This document shows positions 60,513 through 64,000 of a stretch of 64,000 nt of DNA, piece by piece; position 1 is the first letter of the stretch, and the number at the start of each line of letters is the position of its first letter. Location: positions 1-64,000 of the IMG/VR virus record IMGVR_UViG_3300045988_130724. One strand, given 5' to 3'. The position numbers were made by a program, and so were the translations under genes. The DNA is from a virus. The notes beneath the pieces are model-generated. The model worked only from the letters and a program-made list of their open reading frames with translations, searched no databases and was not told the origin of the DNA.

Positions 60513-61326
60513 TGTTTCGTTGTTTTAGTTCAAATAATCCAGCCCAATTATTAGCCATAGACTGCTCAATTATCTGTGTTGCAACATTGGGATTGTTGTC
60601 GCAGAGCCTTAAAAGTTGCTTATAGCAGCTTTGCAAAGATTTCTCAGACTTATAGCTTTCTTTTCTTTGTCGTTTATATTCAAGCCATGTATTGAATATT
60701 TCCCGAAATTCATCTGCTACGAAATCAATCTTTGGCGGTTTCACTTCAGATGCTTTTATTGCAACCTCTCGCTTAATCAATTCCTGTTCTCGAGTATTAA
60801 GTCTTTCTTCCCAATCAGATAATTCCTTCTGCTTTTGAAGAATCTCCTCATCCCCAATTAGGGGGATTATAGGGGGGATATTATTATTTTCTTCTTCTAC
60901 TTCTTCTTCTATTTTAGGAATGGATTGTTCCGTGATTAATCCGTGATTAATCCGTGATTGTTCAGTGATTTTATCTAAATTCTTAAATAATATCCCTTTA
61001 GGTACATTTACATCTTCAAAATTTGGCTTATTTATCTTTTGGTGCAGACTAAATTTAGGCAGATAGTAGAATTTCTCGTTGCGATACGAAAACAGACTAA
61101 TAAATCCATTTCTTAGAATCTCCTGACAAATCTTCTCAAACTGTTGAATCTGTATTTGGTCAAAAGGAAATATTTTAGACTTCAACCAAACCACATCGGC
61201 ACGAATAATACCTAAGTCATCACAAAAATTCCACATACCTATATAGAGAAGCCGAGCATCCCTACTAATCTTAGCTATTTTAGAATCATCCCAAAACTGA
61301 GGCTTTATCATCCGATTTCTTGGCAT
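60388..61326 (-). CDS. replication initiation / replisome-organizer-like protein
   Basis: 312 aa. N-terminal 'MIKPQFWDDSKI...LLYIGMWNFCDDLGI' is recalled from phage replication-organizer N-terminal domains. An acidic linker ('EEEVEEE') and a helical C-terminus follow. Confidence 0.45.
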   Translation of the reverse strand: MPRNRMIKPQFWDDSKIAKISRDARLLYIGMWNFCDDLGIIRADVVWLKSKIFPFDQIQIQQFEKICQEILRNGFISLFSYRNEKFYYLPKFSLHQKINKPNFEDVNVPKGILFKNLDKITEQSRINHGLITEQSIPKIEEEVEEENNNIPPIIPLIGDEEILQKQKELSDWEERLNTREQELIKREVAIKASEVKPPKIDFVADEFREIFNTWLEYKRQRKESYKSEKSLQSCYKQLLRLCDNNPNVATQIIEQSMANNWAGLFELKQRNNGNNRSSYTSKQEANAYALGLLQQHKRDLEEGLVDQMERPF

Positions 61327-61331
61327 AACAA

Positions 61332-61778
61332 TTACTGTATTTCATCCATACCAATATCAGCCCTGCGTTTTATTAATCTTTCAAAAATTCCACATTCAGC
61401 AGGGTGTAATTTATTATAAGTCTGAATCATACTATCATTAGGATCGGCTTCAATTCCACAAGAATATCTGCCTATATAAAACATTATCTCTTTATTGGTA
61501 AATCCATAATACCTCATGTTGGTTATTATTTGATTAACCAATTCAGCATACTCATAATGTTCTTTATTATGGCAATCTTCACACAGTGTTATAAGCTGGT
61601 TATCTTTATACTCCCATATTTTTCTTTTAGGGATATAAATAGTATGGTGAACATGAAGAGTCTTCTCTTTACAACCGCATATCTGACAAGTAAAATTATC
61701 CCTATTTAGGATTTCAAGACGCCTTTTCTGCCATTTAGGAGATTTAATTTGTTCCAAATAATAATTGTTATTGTCCAT
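61332..61778 (-). CDS. HNH endonuclease
   Basis: 'CQICG', 'LHVHH' and 'CEDCHNKEH'. The start is set at the ATG at 61778. The track start at 61799 is a TTG. Confidence 0.7.
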   Translation of the reverse strand: MDNNNYYLEQIKSPKWQKRRLEILNRDNFTCQICGCKEKTLHVHHTIYIPKRKIWEYKDNQLITLCEDCHNKEHYEYAELVNQIITNMRYYGFTNKEIMFYIGRYSCGIEADPNDSMIQTYNKLHPAECGIFERLIKRRADIGMDEIQ

Positions 61779-61974
61779 ATAAAAAGTAATGGCTTTCAAG
61801 TTTCTATACCTTTGAAGTGGTGTTAAGGTATATACTCCGAGAAAGCCAGTTTAATATCTTATTTATCATCGAACACCACTAAGATGATTTATTATTTTCA
61901 CGGTGTAAAGCTAATAAAAGTGGAGTAAAAACAATCACTTTATAACTATTATTTTTCCGTGATTAACTTTTTTT

Positions 61975-62364
61975 CTAATATCCAGTCTTATTTAACCGCA
62001 AAGCTTCCTTTTCATAGCTTAGCAAAGTGCGTAATGCATCTAACTGATGTGAAGTAGATGCACATAATCTTTCAAGCCTATCAACAACGAAGCATTCTTC
62101 TTCCGCTATACTATCAAGAAGAGCGTTTTGGACTTTCGCAGACAAACAATTCTCCCGAGCAATTTGGAGAATGGTATTCTGTATTTCATCAGACTTTCGC
62201 TTTCTTAGTTCTCGTTTAGCTTCAGCAAGCATTTCTCCACTTCTTATCGAATATACCATAATAGTAGATATACGGTCTTGTATTTCTACCGGATTATTTG
62301 AACAAGTAATTTTCATATAATCACTCATTTCATCTATTTCTCTATAAAAATCTGTTGTTATCAT
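61975..62364 (-). CDS. hypothetical protein
   Basis: 129-aa helical ORF. Confidence 0.5.
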   Translation of the reverse strand: MITTDFYREIDEMSDYMKITCSNNPVEIQDRISTIMVYSIRSGEMLAEAKRELRKRKSDEIQNTILQIARENCLSAKVQNALLDSIAEEECFVVDRLERLCASTSHQLDALRTLLSYEKEALRLNKTGY

Positions 62365-62414
62365 ATTATTTAGTTTTAAATTACAATATACGCTTAGAAC
62401 CAGTTATCTAATGC

Positions 62415-62624
62415 TCAATTCATACAGAAGTCAAGAAAAAACAGATTGCCTTTCTCTGCCCCGTATTTATCTATATGAGAGCCACAAGATTTCAGTTCTG
62501 ATACCTTATGCTTTAAATTTTCGTTTTCAGCTTGCAAGCGATAACATTCTGCTTTGCATTGGGCATATTCCGTAAACGCCTTCAGCATTGCCATGTAATG
62601 ACTATAATCTATCTCTATCTTCAT
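62415..62624 (-). CDS. hypothetical small coiled-coil protein
   Basis: 69-aa ORF. Confidence 0.45.
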   Translation of the reverse strand: MKIEIDYSHYMAMLKAFTEYAQCKAECYRLQAENENLKHKVSELKSCGSHIDKYGAEKGNLFFLDFCMN

Positions 62625-62819
62625 AACAATGTGTTTTTACTGTGATAATTACTCTAAACCTACCGCCCGAATTGACGGTAGGGTGTCATAAATGATAACG
62701 TTGGTTAACCCCCATACGGCACTTACGCTTTTTATATGTGGCAAAATATTTCTCATCAAACCTGCCCTAGGAATTACTTAGGGCAGGACACTTCCACGTG
62801 CTTCCATTGCTCTTAAATT

Positions 62820-62972
62820 CTATTCCCTGACCTTGTTTATTGAAAGTTCCGGGAACTTATTTCCTTTAACCTGCTCTGCCATTACATACATATAGCAGAA
62901 ATCGGCTGCTTGCTTATAAGTTTCAAACTTGAAAACAACATTTGAACCCTTTTTTGAGACCTTGTATTTCAT
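62820..62972 (-). CDS. possible 50-aa ORF (unannotated)
   Basis: My own translation: MKYKVSKKGSNVVFKFETYKQAADFCYMYVMAEQVKGNKFPELSINKVRE. It starts 10 nt after the upstream stop. Confidence 0.35.
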   Translation of the reverse strand: MKYKVSKKGSNVVFKFETYKQAADFCYMYVMAEQVKGNKFPELSINKVRE

Positions 62973-62982
62973 TGTATGTAGT

Positions 62983-63393
62983 TTATATTGGTTTCATTAT
63001 AGCTCCATTAAGACGCTGTGTAGTTCTTATGTAATCATCAAGAAGCTCTTGTAATATGAAGTCCGGATAAACGTTCACAACACCGAAACGGTCTATGTTC
63101 ACCTTATTTACCGGATACCCCCTTTTCCTACACAGACGTGTAGCGTCATTGCCGAGCTTCGAAATGTCACTTACATAAATGGGGAGCTTATGCCTCTGCA
63201 CGTATGCAGACATAGTGGAACACCCATATTCACCAATAGCTTTTCGGGAAAGTTTTTTAACCTCATCTTCTAGCGCGCCTAACCTTAGTTCTGTAGATTT
63301 TAGCCTGTTTTCCTGTTCCACATTGGTTTTGGCCAGTTGAAGAATCAATTCTGCCTGGCTCATTTCAACGGTTGAATTCAAAATATGATCCAT
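62983..63393 (-). CDS. hypothetical early protein
   Basis: 136-aa ORF, the second gene of the early operon. Confidence 0.5.
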   Translation of the reverse strand: MDHILNSTVEMSQAELILQLAKTNVEQENRLKSTELRLGALEDEVKKLSRKAIGEYGCSTMSAYVQRHKLPIYVSDISKLGNDATRLCRKRGYPVNKVNIDRFGVVNVYPDFILQELLDDYIRTTQRLNGAIMKPI

Positions 63394-63425
63394 TGCTCTA
63401 TATTTTTATATTAAAGTATTGTGTT

Positions 63426-63716
63426 TTATAAATTCATCGAACGGTTTATCGCTGTTCTTATATCGTTACGATAATCACGGTTCCAATCATTACGTCCCAT
63501 GCGTGAACCGTAATAGGAACGGTAGTTTCTATAGTCACGATTGCCGTACTTCGATTTGTATTCGGCTGCACGCTTGGCGTTTTCTTCATTAATCTTTGCT
63601 GCTTCCTTAGCTTCAGCCCATGCTTTTTTAAGGCAGTAACTAAATGTAGCATTGAAGGTATGATTGAAAATGTAATGCGCTCTCTTCATTATGTCTGATA
63701 AATTGTAACGTTTCAT
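63426..63716 (-). CDS. first early-operon protein, R/Y/N-rich C-terminus
   Basis: 96 aa with 'YKSKYGNRDYRNYRSYYGSRMGRNDWNRDYRND'. No HTH recognised. Confidence 0.5.
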   Translation of the reverse strand: MKRYNLSDIMKRAHYIFNHTFNATFSYCLKKAWAEAKEAAKINEENAKRAAEYKSKYGNRDYRNYRSYYGSRMGRNDWNRDYRNDIRTAINRSMNL

Positions 63717-63754
63717 ATGGTTAGGAGTTAATTGTTATTAGTTCTTTTATTTGA

Positions 63755-63788
63755 TGTAAAGATACAGTATTTACTGTATATTGCCAAA
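63755..63788 (-). promoter_or_regulatory. early (lytic) promoter, copy D of the TATCTTTACA family
   Basis: On the - strand: TTTG (63788-63785), a 20-nt spacer, then TATCTTTACA (63764-63755). The ATG of the first early gene is at 63716. Confidence 0.55.
63762..63779. promoter_or_regulatory. operator O1: perfect 18-bp palindrome atacagta-tt-tactgtat
   Basis: It lies within the spacer of the early promoter and overlaps its -7 box. Confidence 0.55.
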
Positions 63789-63827
63789 CAAAACAACTAT
63801 AATATACTATCTCTTTTACATAAATTA

Positions 63828-63845
63828 ATATAGTATATACTGTAT
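63828..63845. promoter_or_regulatory. operator O2: atatagta-ta-tactgtat (one mismatch to O1)
   Basis: Same half-site, tactgtat. The centre is 66 bp from the O1 centre. It lies just upstream of the repressor-gene -7 box. Confidence 0.45.
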
Positions 63846-63862
63846 TCTTCATAAATAATCTG

Positions 63863-63870
63863 TATTTTTG
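63863..63870 (+). promoter_or_regulatory. -7 box TATTTTTG for the repressor gene
   Basis: Exact TAnnTTTG match, 18 nt upstream of the ATG at 63888. Confidence 0.45.
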
Positions 63871-63887
63871 AAATCAAAAAGATAATT

Positions 63888-64000
63888 ATGAGAATAAAGG
63901 AACTTTTAAAAGAGAAACATTACACACAACAAGAATTAGCAGATAAAATGAATGTAAGCCTATCTGCTGTTAGACAAATGGTTGCTGCTGAATCATTGAC
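63888..64000 (+). CDS. XRE/CI-type HTH repressor, 5' part only (runs off the window)
   Basis: My own translation: MRIKELLKEKHYTQQELADKMNVSLSAVRQMVAAESL. It is divergent from the early operon. It is absent from the ORF track because no stop codon falls within the window. Confidence 0.7.
   Translation, partial: MRIKELLKEKHYTQQELADKMNVSLSAVRQMVAAESL

Noticed and set aside
62780-62806. 8-codon mini-ORF (MEARGSVLP) behind a perfect AAGAGCAATG start context, ending inside a hairpin (62761-62787)
   Set aside because: It is too short to support as a gene. It is more likely a remnant of a deleted gene start next to a terminator-like hairpin. A leader-peptide role cannot be excluded but has no support.
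1-64000. Diversity-generating retroelement, retron, CRISPR-Cas or another reverse-transcriptase-based element
   Set aside because: No ORF shows a reverse-transcriptase signature (no YxDD-type motif in context). I found no template/variable repeat pair in the fibre genes by eye. This could be rechecked with an RT HMM search and a self-alignment.

Overview
Almost the entire 64-kb window is one temperate siphovirus-type phage or prophage. The host is probably a Bacteroidales bacterium. This is inferred from TTTG/TAnnTTTG-type promoter boxes, a Bacteroidetes-style tyrosine integrase and lipobox lipoproteins. The left edge carries a 3' tRNA fragment (candidate att core), short direct repeats and the integrase on the + strand. 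Nearly everything else is on the - strand. Read in the direction of transcription (right to left), the order is:

1. A partial XRE-type repressor gene (+ strand, cut by the window end), divergent from an early promoter that carries 18-bp palindromic operators.
2. About 40 small early genes: replisome-organizer-like, HNH, C5 DNA methyltransferase, DUF3560-, DpnD/PcfM- and DUF488-like proteins, and many zinc-ribbon miniproteins.
3. A non-canonical tRNA-Gly-like gene.
4. An unusual block: YkgJ-GNAT fusion, racemase-like protein, amidoligase fusion and ParB-like protein.
5. terS and terL.
6. An inserted accessory block: four small genes plus a Bro-N/KilAC antirepressor.
7. Portal, MuF-like minor capsid protein with a C-terminal extension, and an HD-type (p)ppGpp hydrolase.
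8. Scaffold, capsid and head-tail joining genes, tail tube and tail assembly chaperone candidate.
9. A + strand moron: PD-(D/E)xK HsdR-N-like protein plus lipoprotein, with its own promoter and terminator.
10. Tape measure, a 1903-aa tail protein with an S74 chaperone domain, and a tail fibre with a GH26-like domain.
11. Holin and M15 endolysin, followed by more fibre-like genes.
12. An orphan module of Gly-rich/coiled-coil proteins under a DnaA-C-like HTH gene.
13. An HExxH pair and a DinD-like gene.

The most system-like unexplained region is the amidoligase/racemase/GNAT block with its adjacent tRNA-like gene (43.1-48.0 kb). All functional calls come from motif recognition by eye. No database search was run.
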